From: Acutalibacteraceae bacterium
GTDB lineage: Bacteria > Bacillota > Clostridia > Oscillospirales > Acutalibacteraceae
Assembly (NCBI GenBank): GCA_045541505.1
Contig: JAZQJF010000003.1
Coordinates: forward strand, 8,237 to 72,236
Length of the DNA stretch: 64,000 nucleotides
Reading direction: 5' to 3'
Made by a program: the position numbers and the translations under genes. The notes below the pieces were generated by a model. It made no database searches. It was not told the origin of the DNA and saw only the letters and a program-made list of their open reading frames with translations. Every line of letters starts with the position of its first letter. Position 1 is the first letter of the stretch. This document shows, piece after piece, positions 9,257 to 21,670 of the stretch.

Positions 9257-11590
9257 TTATTCATTAATAAGTTTTAAGGTTTCGCCTGCAGAAAGCTCGG
9301 CTGTAAGGCAGTCATTGCTGATAACAAATGCCTTGTTTGCTTTGAGGTTCTTTGTTTTTTCATTCAGTTTAATTTTTAAAATGCAGTTAACTTCTGCTGT
9401 AACCGCAGCATTTTTAAGAATTGAATTTTCCCAACTGATATCAAAAGTAAGATTTCCTCTTGCTCTGATGCCTTTAACCGAGCCCTTATTCCAGTCATCA
9501 GGCAAAGCCGGTAAAAGCTCTGAAATTCTGTTATCAGGTGAACCAAAATGGCTTTGAAGAAGCATCTCTGTGATACCAGCTACGCCGCCGAAATTGCCGT
9601 CAATCTGGAAAGGCGGATGAATGTCAAAAAGATTGTTGGCTGTACATTTTTTTAACAGATATCTCAGGTGGTTATAAGCATTTTCACCGTCTTTGAGTCT
9701 GGTGTAGAAGCAAATCGTCCAAGCTCTTGACCAACCTGTTGAGCCGCCGCCGTTTTCAATTCGACGGGCAATAGTTCTTTTTGCAGCTTCATAAATTTCA
9801 GGATCACTTTCGTTGATCTGATCACCGGGGAAGAGACCGAAAAGATGGGAAATGTGACGGTGTCCGGGATCAGTTTCTTCATAGTCTCTGATCCACTCGC
9901 GGATAGTTCCGTATCTTTCACTGATTTCCATAGGAGGAAGCTTTTCTAAAATTTTCAAAAGAGCTTCAGCGAATTCTTCATCTTTACTGAGAACCTTACA
10001 AGCATGAACCGTGCGTGTAAAAAGAGCGTAAATAATCTGAAAATCTATTGTTGCACCTTCGGTGAACATACTTTCCTGCTTTTCACCGTTTGCATCAATA
10101 TAATAAAACTCATTTTCAGGAGAGTTTGAAGGAGAAGTGATCAGCTGTCCTCTTTCGTTCTCGGTCAGATAGTCCTGAACAAATTCGCAAGAGCCTTTTA
10201 AAATCGGGTAAATTTCTTCAAGATAGTCTTTGCTGTTGGTATATTCATAATGTTCCCAGAGATTAAGGCAAAGCCAGGGACCTGCCATCGGGAAAAATCC
10301 GCAGTCAACACTGTCGTGAACGCCTGTTCTGCCAAATGCATCGGTGGTATGGTTAACAACCCAGCCCCTTGCTCCGAAAAGCTCCTTTGCGGTTTCAGAA
10401 CCGAATTCGGAAATCATTTTCATAAAATGAATGAAAGGCGCTGATGTGGCTGAAAGGTTTGCACTTTCGCTTGGCCAGTAATTCATCTGAAGATTAATAT
10501 TTGTGTGGAAATCACTGCCCCATGGCGGGTTAAAATCGTGACACCATATGCCCTGAAGATTGGCCGGAAGCCTTGCGTTTTTGCCCGAACTTTCAATTAA
10601 AAGATATCTGCCGAAATTATAATAAAGAGAAAACAAATCAGGATCGTATTCATCCCATTTCAGCTCTTTAAGTCTCTGATCGGTTGGAAACTCACTAATT
10701 TCAGTTTTTTCCAATTCAAGAGATACATTGCCGAACCATTTTTTATGAGTAAGAATATGAGATTCTTTTACTTTTTCATAATCTTCTTTCTCAAGTTTTT
10801 CAATGGTTTTATTTAACTTGCACTTAAAATCAATTGTTTCGTCAATATCAAATTTATTAACGTCGTAATTAGTTTCAAAAGCGGCATAAACAATAACATA
10901 AGTCGCATCAGCAACTGTTATTGTGCTATGATAAGAAGTCAATTCTCCGTCCGTTTTTACACGAAGCTTTGAGCCGAATGACATACCTTCACCGCCCTCA
11001 CCATAGTAATGATGAGTGCTGTATGTAACTCTGCCGTTCATAATAATTGTATCATTATTGATACAGGAACTGTAGGCATCCTGCTTTCTTTTGATACTCA
11101 CATTGCAGGAAAATGGTTTATTATCAGTTTCAACCTTATAAACAAAAGCGTCAAAATCTTCACTGATAAAGCATTCGCTCTTATAGTTTGTTTTACTCTT
11201 TGTCCAGAAAATTCGGCTTACAGCTTCACTTAATTCCAACTCTTTGAGGTAGTTTGTATATGGTGATTTATCAAGAAAATCAACAAAAACCTCACCGAAG
11301 CTTTCATATGAACGCACAACAGGCGGATCAGATAAAAAAGTTTCACGGGCAAGCTGAGCAGCTTCTTTAAGCTTTTCTTCCTTGACAAGACAGCGGATCT
11401 CATTAAGAGCTTCGGGTGAAGCGTGGTATTTTTCCTGAATCTGTCTGCCACACCAAAGAGATTCTTCGTTTATTTCAATTTGTTCACAATTGGGGTTGCC
11501 GTATTGCATAGCACCAACTCTGCCGTTACCTAAAGGCAGCGCCCACATCCAATCATTTACAAATTCATCGTACCATAGTTTTGTTGACAT
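9257..11590 (-). CDS. GH95 alpha-L-fucosidase
   Basis: The N-terminus WYDEFVNDWMWALPLGNGRVGAM...INEESLW is the GH95 N-terminal domain signature. Size (777 aa) is typical for the family. Confidence 0.9.
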   Translation of the reverse strand: MSTKLWYDEFVNDWMWALPLGNGRVGAMQYGNPNCEQIEINEESLWCGRQIQEKYHASPEALNEIRCLVKEEKLKEAAQLARETFLSDPPVVRSYESFGEVFVDFLDKSPYTNYLKELELSEAVSRIFWTKSKTNYKSECFISEDFDAFVYKVETDNKPFSCNVSIKRKQDAYSSCINNDTIIMNGRVTYSTHHYYGEGGEGMSFGSKLRVKTDGELTSYHSTITVADATYVIVYAAFETNYDVNKFDIDETIDFKCKLNKTIEKLEKEDYEKVKESHILTHKKWFGNVSLELEKTEISEFPTDQRLKELKWDEYDPDLFSLYYNFGRYLLIESSGKNARLPANLQGIWCHDFNPPWGSDFHTNINLQMNYWPSESANLSATSAPFIHFMKMISEFGSETAKELFGARGWVVNHTTDAFGRTGVHDSVDCGFFPMAGPWLCLNLWEHYEYTNSKDYLEEIYPILKGSCEFVQDYLTENERGQLITSPSNSPENEFYYIDANGEKQESMFTEGATIDFQIIYALFTRTVHACKVLSKDEEFAEALLKILEKLPPMEISERYGTIREWIRDYEETDPGHRHISHLFGLFPGDQINESDPEIYEAAKRTIARRIENGGGSTGWSRAWTICFYTRLKDGENAYNHLRYLLKKCTANNLFDIHPPFQIDGNFGGVAGITEMLLQSHFGSPDNRISELLPALPDDWNKGSVKGIRARGNLTFDISWENSILKNAAVTAEVNCILKIKLNEKTKNLKANKAFVISNDCLTAELSAGETLKLINE

Positions 11591-11670
11591 TTTTTCACAA
11601 CCTATAAAAATAAATTTTATATATTATATCATCAGAATGAAGGCATTTCAATATAATTAAAGGAAACAAG

Positions 11671-11699
11671 TTGAAAACAAATTTTTTCTATGATATAAT
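11671..11699 (+). promoter_or_regulatory. sigma-A type promoter
   Basis: TTGAAA at 11671-11676, a 17-nt spacer, and TGaTATAAT ending at 11699. Confidence 0.5.
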
Positions 11700-11747
11700 T
11701 TTTTTGCAGATTATTTATGTCTGTATTAAATTTTGGGAGGATGTAAA

Positions 11748-12626
11748 ATGTTCAGAATTAATAATTTCACAAACAATGATGATGTCGATATCATTGCTCA
11801 AAGCGGTCCGTTTCAAGTTATTCAGTATAAAAGAGATTTAAGTGTCTCCCCTTCAACGGCAGTTACTGCTTATTTTTGCGATAAAATGAATATCCGCAAG
11901 CGCCAGGTTATTTGTAACCTTTCACAAACCGGCGGTATTATATGTCAAGCAGGCGCAATGCAATGGACTGTCGGTGATGTTAACGCATCGACAGGCGTTA
12001 AGGGAGCTTCGGATTTCTTCGGTAAATTAGTTAAAGGAAAGGTTACCGGCGAAAGTGCTATTAAGCCTGAGTATGTCGGCAGCGGAACACTTGTTCTTGA
12101 ACCTACTTACAGACATATTGTTTTGCTTGACACTAAAAACTGGAACGGCAAGGTTGTTCTTGATGACGGTTTATTCCTTGCTTGCGAATCATCAATTAAA
12201 CAAAAATTAGTCGCACGCTCCAACATTTCATCTGCAGTTCTTGGCGGTGAAGGTCTGTTTAATCTCGCTCTCGACGGCAGCGGAATTGCCGTGCTTGAAT
12301 GTCGTTGTCCTCAGGAAGAGCTGATAGAGGTTACTCTTGAAAACGACGTACTCAAAGTTGACGGAAGTTTTGCTATCGCGTGGAGTGACTCATTAACTTT
12401 TACTGTTGAACGCTCTGGCAAGACCCTTATCGGTTCTGCTGCTTCAGGCGAAGGATTTGTTAATGTCTACAGAGGCACCGGTAAAGTTCTGCTCGCACCT
12501 GTAGACAGTACAATCGGCGGTTTTCCTGTTTCTACCACTGCACCGTCTGCGCCAGCATCAGCCGGCACTAAAACAGCAGGTGTATTAGGCGCCTTTCTCG
12601 GCGGCGTAGCAGATGCTCTCGATTAA
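11748..12626 (+). CDS. AIM24 family protein (DUF124/TIGR00266-like)
   Basis: The ATG at 11748 lies 7 nt after GGGAGG. The body is beta-rich (GGIICQAGAMQW...GSGTLVLEP...LDDGLFLACE...GEGLFNL.L.GSG) and ends in a Gly/Ala-rich tail. Confidence 0.8.
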   Translation: MFRINNFTNNDDVDIIAQSGPFQVIQYKRDLSVSPSTAVTAYFCDKMNIRKRQVICNLSQTGGIICQAGAMQWTVGDVNASTGVKGASDFFGKLVKGKVTGESAIKPEYVGSGTLVLEPTYRHIVLLDTKNWNGKVVLDDGLFLACESSIKQKLVARSNISSAVLGGEGLFNLALDGSGIAVLECRCPQEELIEVTLENDVLKVDGSFAIAWSDSLTFTVERSGKTLIGSAASGEGFVNVYRGTGKVLLAPVDSTIGGFPVSTTAPSAPASAGTKTAGVLGAFLGGVADALD

Positions 12627-12642
12627 TTATATTTAAAAACAC

Positions 12643-12678
12643 GGACCCGTACTAACAAACGGGTCCTCTTACTTTTTT
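12643..12678 (+). terminator. Rho-independent terminator
   Basis: GGACCCGT pairs with ACGGGTCC, followed by a T-rich tract. Confidence 0.7.
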
Positions 12679-12738
12679 GAGATAATTAAACTATTCCACA
12701 TTATCTTTTTTATTGATTTATAGCATTATTTATGATAA

Positions 12739-15735
<2,997 letters not shown>

Positions 15736-15740
15736 GCAAC

Positions 15741-15768
15741 AAAGCCCCCGACTTCAGTCGGGGGCTTT
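15741..15768. terminator. bidirectional Rho-independent terminator
   Basis: A perfect 12-bp stem, AAAGCCCCCGAC/GTCGGGGGCTTT, lies between convergent genes. Confidence 0.8.
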
Positions 15769-15775
15769 CGCTTTG

Positions 15776-17257
15776 TTAAAATGTTATTTTAATTGTGTGT
15801 TCGCCTACGTTTGTCTTAAGAGTAACCACTGAGCCTTGGCTGTTTTTAATCGGGGTGATTGTAAATTCGCCGTCTGCTTCAATGCTTTTAACAGGCTTAT
15901 GAGCAAATATTTCGGTGGGTGCGGAATAAGCTTTATCCTGCTTATATGTAAGAATAAAGGATTCTTCATCCCGATTGTGGCAGTAGCTTATAATCTCACC
16001 TGTAACTGCTCTCGGATACGGTCTTGTAAGAACATCCTTGAAAAGCTCTGTGTCAAAAAGACCTCCGAAGTGTGCCCAATATGTGTTGCTCCACTTGTAA
16101 CTGTCAAAAAGGCTGAGAAGGAATTTCACGTGTGGGAACCATTCGTTACCCTCTGAAAATCCGCCCCACTCACCTACTATAACTGGAACATCCAATCGCT
16201 CCTGCGAGCGTCTATGTTCAGCAAAAATTGAGCCTACACGGTCATTACTTGCATATTTATAAGCAGGGGTATCAACCATAAGGTCATAAGCGTGGGGAGT
16301 AAAAATCACATTGCCGTCAGGCTTTCCGTTAACTTCAGGTACAGGGCAGGAATAAGGAATACCCAGGTTTGAATAATAACTGTTTTCCATAATAAGAATT
16401 TTATCTTTATCAATCTCTCTGATTGAAGAAGAAATCTTTGAAATAAACGGGAAATATCTGTTAAGGTCAAAATCTTTGATTATGGCATCACCTGCAGAGG
16501 TGATTTTGCGAAAGACTTTTGAATTATATAAATTGAGAACAGTTGCTTTTTCTTTACTTAAAGCTCTTTTAATTAATTCAAGCTTACTGATCGAATCATC
16601 GGTAAGAGTTGTTACAACAAGTTGTTTGATAAGCATACGGAAAACCTTGCCACCGGATTTCCCGGGAAACGGCTCGTTGAACATATCATAACCGATAACA
16701 GCAGGATGTGAGCCTAATTCACCCACAACAAACTGCCACATATCACTGAACCAATCCATAAGACCTTTACCGTCAACTTTTTTATTCTCCCAGAAATTAT
16801 CAAAAGCTTTATGAACGAAGCCACGCCAAAAATATCCCTCTGCCCACACAAAACGAGTCGGAACAGGCTTATATTTACCTGTGTCTGTTGCCCAGTCGGG
16901 TGCACCGTCACCGACATTTTCACCGTAATGTGAGAACAAATCCTGATGCATATCAAGATAAACATATATGCCCTTCTGCTCACATTCGTCAAGATAAGAA
17001 CGGATTTTGTTGAGATAAGCCATATTATATTTTCCAGGCTCAGGCTCAACAGCATCCCAGGTGATACCCATACGAATCATGTTAAACCCGTGTGTATAGA
17101 GGGTTTCTGCAATAGTGTCATCCCAGGCAAGGTCATAATCGTTTTTGCCTGTTTCTTTATTGGCACGGCCTTTATCGCAGACATTTATACCGTTAAAAAT
17201 TCGTTCTCTGCCATAGGAGTCAAGGATTTTAGTACCCTTAGTATAAATTCTTTCCAT
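15776..17257 (-). CDS. GH5 family glycoside hydrolase (endoglycoceramidase/cellulase-like)
   Basis: AAGGAG RBS. GH5 features are present: GFNMIRMGITWDAVEP, YVYLDMHQD, MFNEP (acid/base Glu), GEWGG (nucleophile Glu). Confidence 0.85.
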   Translation of the reverse strand: MERIYTKGTKILDSYGRERIFNGINVCDKGRANKETGKNDYDLAWDDTIAETLYTHGFNMIRMGITWDAVEPEPGKYNMAYLNKIRSYLDECEQKGIYVYLDMHQDLFSHYGENVGDGAPDWATDTGKYKPVPTRFVWAEGYFWRGFVHKAFDNFWENKKVDGKGLMDWFSDMWQFVVGELGSHPAVIGYDMFNEPFPGKSGGKVFRMLIKQLVVTTLTDDSISKLELIKRALSKEKATVLNLYNSKVFRKITSAGDAIIKDFDLNRYFPFISKISSSIREIDKDKILIMENSYYSNLGIPYSCPVPEVNGKPDGNVIFTPHAYDLMVDTPAYKYASNDRVGSIFAEHRRSQERLDVPVIVGEWGGFSEGNEWFPHVKFLLSLFDSYKWSNTYWAHFGGLFDTELFKDVLTRPYPRAVTGEIISYCHNRDEESFILTYKQDKAYSAPTEIFAHKPVKSIEADGEFTITPIKNSQGSVVTLKTNVGEHTIKITF

Positions 17258-17267
17258 AAGAATCTCC

Positions 17268-19781
17268 TTATTTACGTTTTGCAGCCTTCTTCTCTTCCTT
17301 CAGTTTTGCTATACGAGCTTCTTTTTCAGCAAGCTCTCGCTCCTGCTGAGCAAGGCGTTGCTGCTTTGCGAGCTCTACATTTGCTTTAGAAGACTCATAT
17401 TTTGCATAAATGTCTTCATAATGAGTATAGTTCTCTTCATCTGTGAGAAGCTTTTTAGCATCAATATACGGCTTAGCTGCACGGTTAAACTGAGCGTGAT
17501 TATCCATCTCTGCCTTCTGCTGTTTTCTGCAGTCTTCTTTCTTTTCCTTGAAAGATTTGATTTCAGCTTTGATTTCGGAAGCTCTGGCAGAGTCTTTTTC
17601 TTTTCTTGCCTGTGAAAGCTCAAAATAAAGTGTTTTCAGCTTTATGTCAAGCTCATCTTCAAGCTCAAATAAACCGTCAACTACACTGAAATCTGGCTGA
17701 ACGAGCTGAGTGTCCTTATAATACTTTGCAACAGTCTTATAGGCTCTGATTTTATTACGAGCCATATTCACCATAAAAGCGCGATATTCTTTTTCATCAT
17801 CGTTACTCTTAGGCAATGCCTTTGCCGCTTTAAGCTCTGATTTAGCCTGAGCAAGGTCAATATTCTGCATTCCGTCAAGACCTTCAGAGCAGATCTTACG
17901 GCTGTATTCAAGCTGAGCTTTAACCGTGTCTGATGAGAATTTATCAAGCTCACGGCAAACGAATTTTGAAATTTCAATTTCTTCATTGAGCGCAATAGCT
18001 TCGGCATAAGCCTTTTTAGCTGCCTTACGTTGTGCTTTGTCTTTAATTGATTTATAGTCTTTCTTGGAAACATCTTTTGGTGTAAGCACTGCAGTTTCAC
18101 GAGCGTTTTTTACTATTTCTACAGCTTCAACAATTCTGTCATCGTTAAGAACACCGTTACCGTAGTCTTCAAAAAGCATACGTACCTGAAGAACGCGTAC
18201 AACAGACTTTTGCTTACGCTCGTTGAAATCATACCAGAAATATGGCACAACATTCAAAAATGCACCCACACCTGCAACAATAACCAAAACCTGCAAAAGA
18301 TTCAAAAGAACATCGGGGTCATAAAGAGCAGAATAAGCATTCACATAGTTATTCTGTCCTTTTTCAAACTGCTCTGCGAGAAGCTCACCAACAGTTTTGC
18401 CTTCAGCAAGAACTCTGTTGAGAATTTCCGGGTTCGATGTTACAACTGCGGCATTTTCTTTGGTAATACCGCCCTTTTCATAAATAAACGGAAGAACCGA
18501 TGATGTAACAAGAGTAATAATTGTACCGATAGAAGTAACGGTTGCAAACATACCGTCAATTCTTTCACCTGTTTTGTACTGCTGATAATCTCTGATGTCT
18601 GCCTGAATTGAAGGGTTAAGAATATGAGCAAAAGAACCCATAAGAGCATTGAACCAAAGGCAGATGAGAACCATCCAGATTGTTGACTTGTTCAGTTCCT
18701 GAGTGAACATCAGCATTGAAATTATAAACACTACGTTAAAAAGATTGGTAACAATCAAAACTGTCTTTTTGCCCCACTTTCTGATGCAGAAAGGTGCAGC
18801 AAGCATACCCCATAAAGAAGCATTTCCGTAAAGAGCAAAAATCAGGCTATATTCTGTACCCGTACAGGCTCCACCGTAGTTATAAAGCCAATACATAATA
18901 TTGGCATAAGCACTTTCAAGGAAACCTATCCAGCCTGCCAAAGAAATAATCCAGAAGTATTTGTTACCTGCAACAGCACGAAGGGCATCTATAAATTTAA
19001 TCTGAACAACGTGGGATTTTGCCTGAACAATTTTTTCTTCAGTGTATTTATAAACAACAATACAAAGAAGAATGCCCAAAACAGCAAGAATAGGATATAG
19101 TAAACGATAGACTCTGATATCGGTTGAATTTGTGTCAAAAATATGCTGAGCAATAAGAGGCGTAATAAGGTTAACCACTGTCGGCGCAAAGGAATAAACT
19201 ATACTTTTAACAGAGGCAACATCTGCACGTTCCTGAGTATTTGGAGAAAGAACGTGAATGAGGTTTTCATATCCGTCATAAAAGAAATAGTAAAAGAAAT
19301 GCAGAATAAGATTAAACAGGAGTATCAGCGCACATTTTGCAACATACCCTGCACTTTCGCCAAATATAACCCTATCGCCAAAAAGACTTTCAAGCCATGA
19401 ATACGGAAACCACACCATAGCAATGCAGATAATTGCACTGGGAATTGCCATAGTAACTATGTATGGACGGTATTTGCCCGCTTTGTTTCGGGTGTTGTCA
19501 ATAATATTGGCTCTGATGCCTGTCAACGGAATATTGGCAAGAACAGCAATTACATACATTATGTACATATCCATTGCATCAACGCCCAAAGCACTTGAAA
19601 TAAGCGTATTGCCTGTTGCAAGCAAACATGCTGTGCCTATAGTGATGATCATATAAGCACCGATACCGCCGCCCGAATAAGCTGCGATTTCTTTAAAAGC
19701 CATATGTCTGCCCTCAGGCGGAGTATTCCAATATAATCTGACCTGGTCAATTAAGTCGGTTATTTTCTTCTTGAGTTCCAA
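17268..19781 (-). CDS. GPH/MFS-type glycoside:cation symporter fused to a ~317-aa Lys/Glu-rich helical C-terminal tail
   Basis: A TTG start lies 7 nt after AGGAGG. The first ~520 aa are polytopic and MelB/GPH-like. The tail (nt ~17271-18221) is charged, helical and of low hydrophobicity. The stop is 10 nt from the GH5 start. Confidence 0.85.
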   Translation of the reverse strand: MELKKKITDLIDQVRLYWNTPPEGRHMAFKEIAAYSGGGIGAYMIITIGTACLLATGNTLISSALGVDAMDMYIMYVIAVLANIPLTGIRANIIDNTRNKAGKYRPYIVTMAIPSAIICIAMVWFPYSWLESLFGDRVIFGESAGYVAKCALILLFNLILHFFYYFFYDGYENLIHVLSPNTQERADVASVKSIVYSFAPTVVNLITPLIAQHIFDTNSTDIRVYRLLYPILAVLGILLCIVVYKYTEEKIVQAKSHVVQIKFIDALRAVAGNKYFWIISLAGWIGFLESAYANIMYWLYNYGGACTGTEYSLIFALYGNASLWGMLAAPFCIRKWGKKTVLIVTNLFNVVFIISMLMFTQELNKSTIWMVLICLWFNALMGSFAHILNPSIQADIRDYQQYKTGERIDGMFATVTSIGTIITLVTSSVLPFIYEKGGITKENAAVVTSNPEILNRVLAEGKTVGELLAEQFEKGQNNYVNAYSALYDPDVLLNLLQVLVIVAGVGAFLNVVPYFWYDFNERKQKSVVRVLQVRMLFEDYGNGVLNDDRIVEAVEIVKNARETAVLTPKDVSKKDYKSIKDKAQRKAAKKAYAEAIALNEEIEISKFVCRELDKFSSDTVKAQLEYSRKICSEGLDGMQNIDLAQAKSELKAAKALPKSNDDEKEYRAFMVNMARNKIRAYKTVAKYYKDTQLVQPDFSVVDGLFELEDELDIKLKTLYFELSQARKEKDSARASEIKAEIKSFKEKKEDCRKQQKAEMDNHAQFNRAAKPYIDAKKLLTDEENYTHYEDIYAKYESSKANVELAKQQRLAQQERELAEKEARIAKLKEEKKAAKRK

Positions 19782-19794
19782 TCTGTTACCTCCT

Positions 19795-19830
19795 ATAAAA
19801 TAAAGCCGATGACACTCATGCCATCGGCTT
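19795..19830 (-). terminator. hairpin with a weak U-tract downstream of the NhaC gene (terminator or attenuator)
   Basis: AAGCCGATG (19803-19811) pairs with CATCGGCTT (19822-19830). On the minus strand it is followed by TATTTTAT, which runs directly into the AGGAGG RBS of the next gene. Confidence 0.5.
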
Positions 19831-19842
19831 AAAAACCGTGTT

Positions 19843-21522
19843 TTATTTAGCCGCTTTTGAATACTTTTTGTTTGTTATAATCTTAGCAACAAAGAGGAAG
19901 GCAAAGAGAACTACTATACTCAAAGGTAAGCAAATCCATGCATTCTGAACAAAACCTGCAACTACAAACATTACGAATGAAACAGCCGCAACGCTGATGG
20001 CATAAGGCATCTGAGTTGAAACATGGTTCAAATGGTTACACTGACCGCCTGCAGATGACATAATTGTTGTATCTGAAATCGGTGAGCAGTGGTCGCCGCA
20101 AACTGCACCTGCAAGGCAAGCTGAAATACCGATTATCATAAGCTCGGCATTTTCTGCACCTGCAAAGATGTAGGTAACGATTGGAATAAGGATACCGAAT
20201 GTTCCCCATGATGTGCCTGTTGCGAAAGCAAGACAGCAAGCTACAAGGAAAATGATAGCAGGAAGAAGCTTGTCAAGACCTTCAGCAGCGTTGCTCATAA
20301 TATCACCTACAAAATATTTTGCGCCAAGAGACGATGTCATATTTTTAAGAGCAGTTGCAAATGTAAGAATCAAAATAGCGGGAACCATAGCGATGAAGCC
20401 CTTTGGAACCGCATCCATAGCCTCTTTGAATGTGATAAGCTTTCTTACAACAAGATAGAGAATGATGAATACAAGAGCAATCATACCGCCCCAGGGAAGT
20501 CCGAAGGTTGCATCTGTGTTTGCAAAAGCATCAATAAATCCGACACCGTCAAGAATGCCGCCTACATAAACAAGAGCAAATACACTGATAGCGATAAGAA
20601 CAATAATCGGAAGAATAAGGTCAATAACCTTACCCTTGGAAGAAATGTTTTCTACTTCAACTTCATTCTTGTCACCTGAAGTATAAAGGTCGCCCTTTGT
20701 CATAGCGTTAAACTCGTGAATACGCATAGGACCGAAATCGAACTTCATAAGAGTGATGCCGATAATAAATACGATTGAAAGAATTGAGTAGAAGTTATAA
20801 GGAATAGCGCTGATAAAGAGCTTAAGTCCTTCACCTTCGGGAGCGTAGCTTGAAACAGCAGCTGCCCAGCTGGAGATAGGAGCTATCATACAAATAGGTG
20901 CTGCTGTAGCATCAATAAGGTATGAAAGCTTTGCTCTTGAAATTTTGTGACTGTCTGTTACCGGGCGCATAACTGAGCCGACTGTAAGACAGTTGAAATA
21001 GTCATCAATAAAAATAAGAACACCCAAAGCCATTGTTGCAAGAATTGCACCTGCTCGGCTCTTTATGTGTTTCTGAGCCCATTTACCAAAAGCTGCTGAA
21101 CCGCCTGCTTTGTTAACAAGGGCAACAATAATACCCAACTGAACAAGGAAAATAAAGATACCTGCGTTGCCGATTACAGCATCCTGCAAGCCTACTCCGA
21201 TCAGATCGTCCATAGTACCTGTAAATGAGAAATTTGATGAAAGAAGTGCGCCTGATAAAATACCGATAAAAAGTGAAGAGTAAACTTCTTTGGTGATTAA
21301 AGCAAGTCCGATAGCAATTACCGGCGGAAGCAATGCCCACAAAGAAGCTCTTACGGTACCTTCGCCACCACAAGTTTCACACGCAGCTTCTTCTGTAACT
21401 GCAACCGAACAGTCGGGGCAAGTTACAGTTGCAAGTGAAGCACCTGAAAAACCAACATAAGCCAGTATGCCTATAATGGCTACAATGGCTACCGCAAGGA
21501 TAATTTTGTTTGACTTTGTCAT
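19843..21522 (-). CDS. nhaC: NhaC-family Na+/H+ antiporter with an N-terminal TM helix and a CxxC-x9-CxxC segment
   Basis: The start is set at the ATG 6 nt after AGGAGG (the third codon of the listed ORF). The core is polytopic and NhaC-like, and the N-terminus carries CPDC...CETC. Confidence 0.85.
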   Translation of the reverse strand: MTKSNKIILAVAIVAIIGILAYVGFSGASLATVTCPDCSVAVTEEAACETCGGEGTVRASLWALLPPVIAIGLALITKEVYSSLFIGILSGALLSSNFSFTGTMDDLIGVGLQDAVIGNAGIFIFLVQLGIIVALVNKAGGSAAFGKWAQKHIKSRAGAILATMALGVLIFIDDYFNCLTVGSVMRPVTDSHKISRAKLSYLIDATAAPICMIAPISSWAAAVSSYAPEGEGLKLFISAIPYNFYSILSIVFIIGITLMKFDFGPMRIHEFNAMTKGDLYTSGDKNEVEVENISSKGKVIDLILPIIVLIAISVFALVYVGGILDGVGFIDAFANTDATFGLPWGGMIALVFIILYLVVRKLITFKEAMDAVPKGFIAMVPAILILTFATALKNMTSSLGAKYFVGDIMSNAAEGLDKLLPAIIFLVACCLAFATGTSWGTFGILIPIVTYIFAGAENAELMIIGISACLAGAVCGDHCSPISDTTIMSSAGGQCNHLNHVSTQMPYAISVAAVSFVMFVVAGFVQNAWICLPLSIVVLFAFLFVAKIITNKKYSKAAK

Positions 21523-21621
21523 AAACATCCTCCTAAAAATTTATATGAGACAACCCGCCTCAATATACCTCTCAAAGATACCATATATGCTGAATTTTGT
21601 CAATAATTTTGGTATTTGTAA

Positions 21622-21651
21622 ATAAAAAAATCCCGGTAAAAGCACCGGGAT
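21622..21651 (-). terminator. Rho-independent terminator
   Basis: ATCCCGGT pairs with ACCGGGAT, with a T7 run on the minus strand. Confidence 0.7.
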
Positions 21652-21670
21652 TGTATAAGGTGACATTGCT

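Noticed and set aside
16946-17389. 147-aa plus-strand ORF spanning the GH5/GPH junction, and similar antisense ORFs such as 27937-28344, 33831-34271, 39172-39579 and 61482-61886
   Set aside because: All are embedded antisense or out of frame within long genes that have clear family motifs. They lack RBSs and have skewed, low-complexity compositions typical of shadow ORFs.
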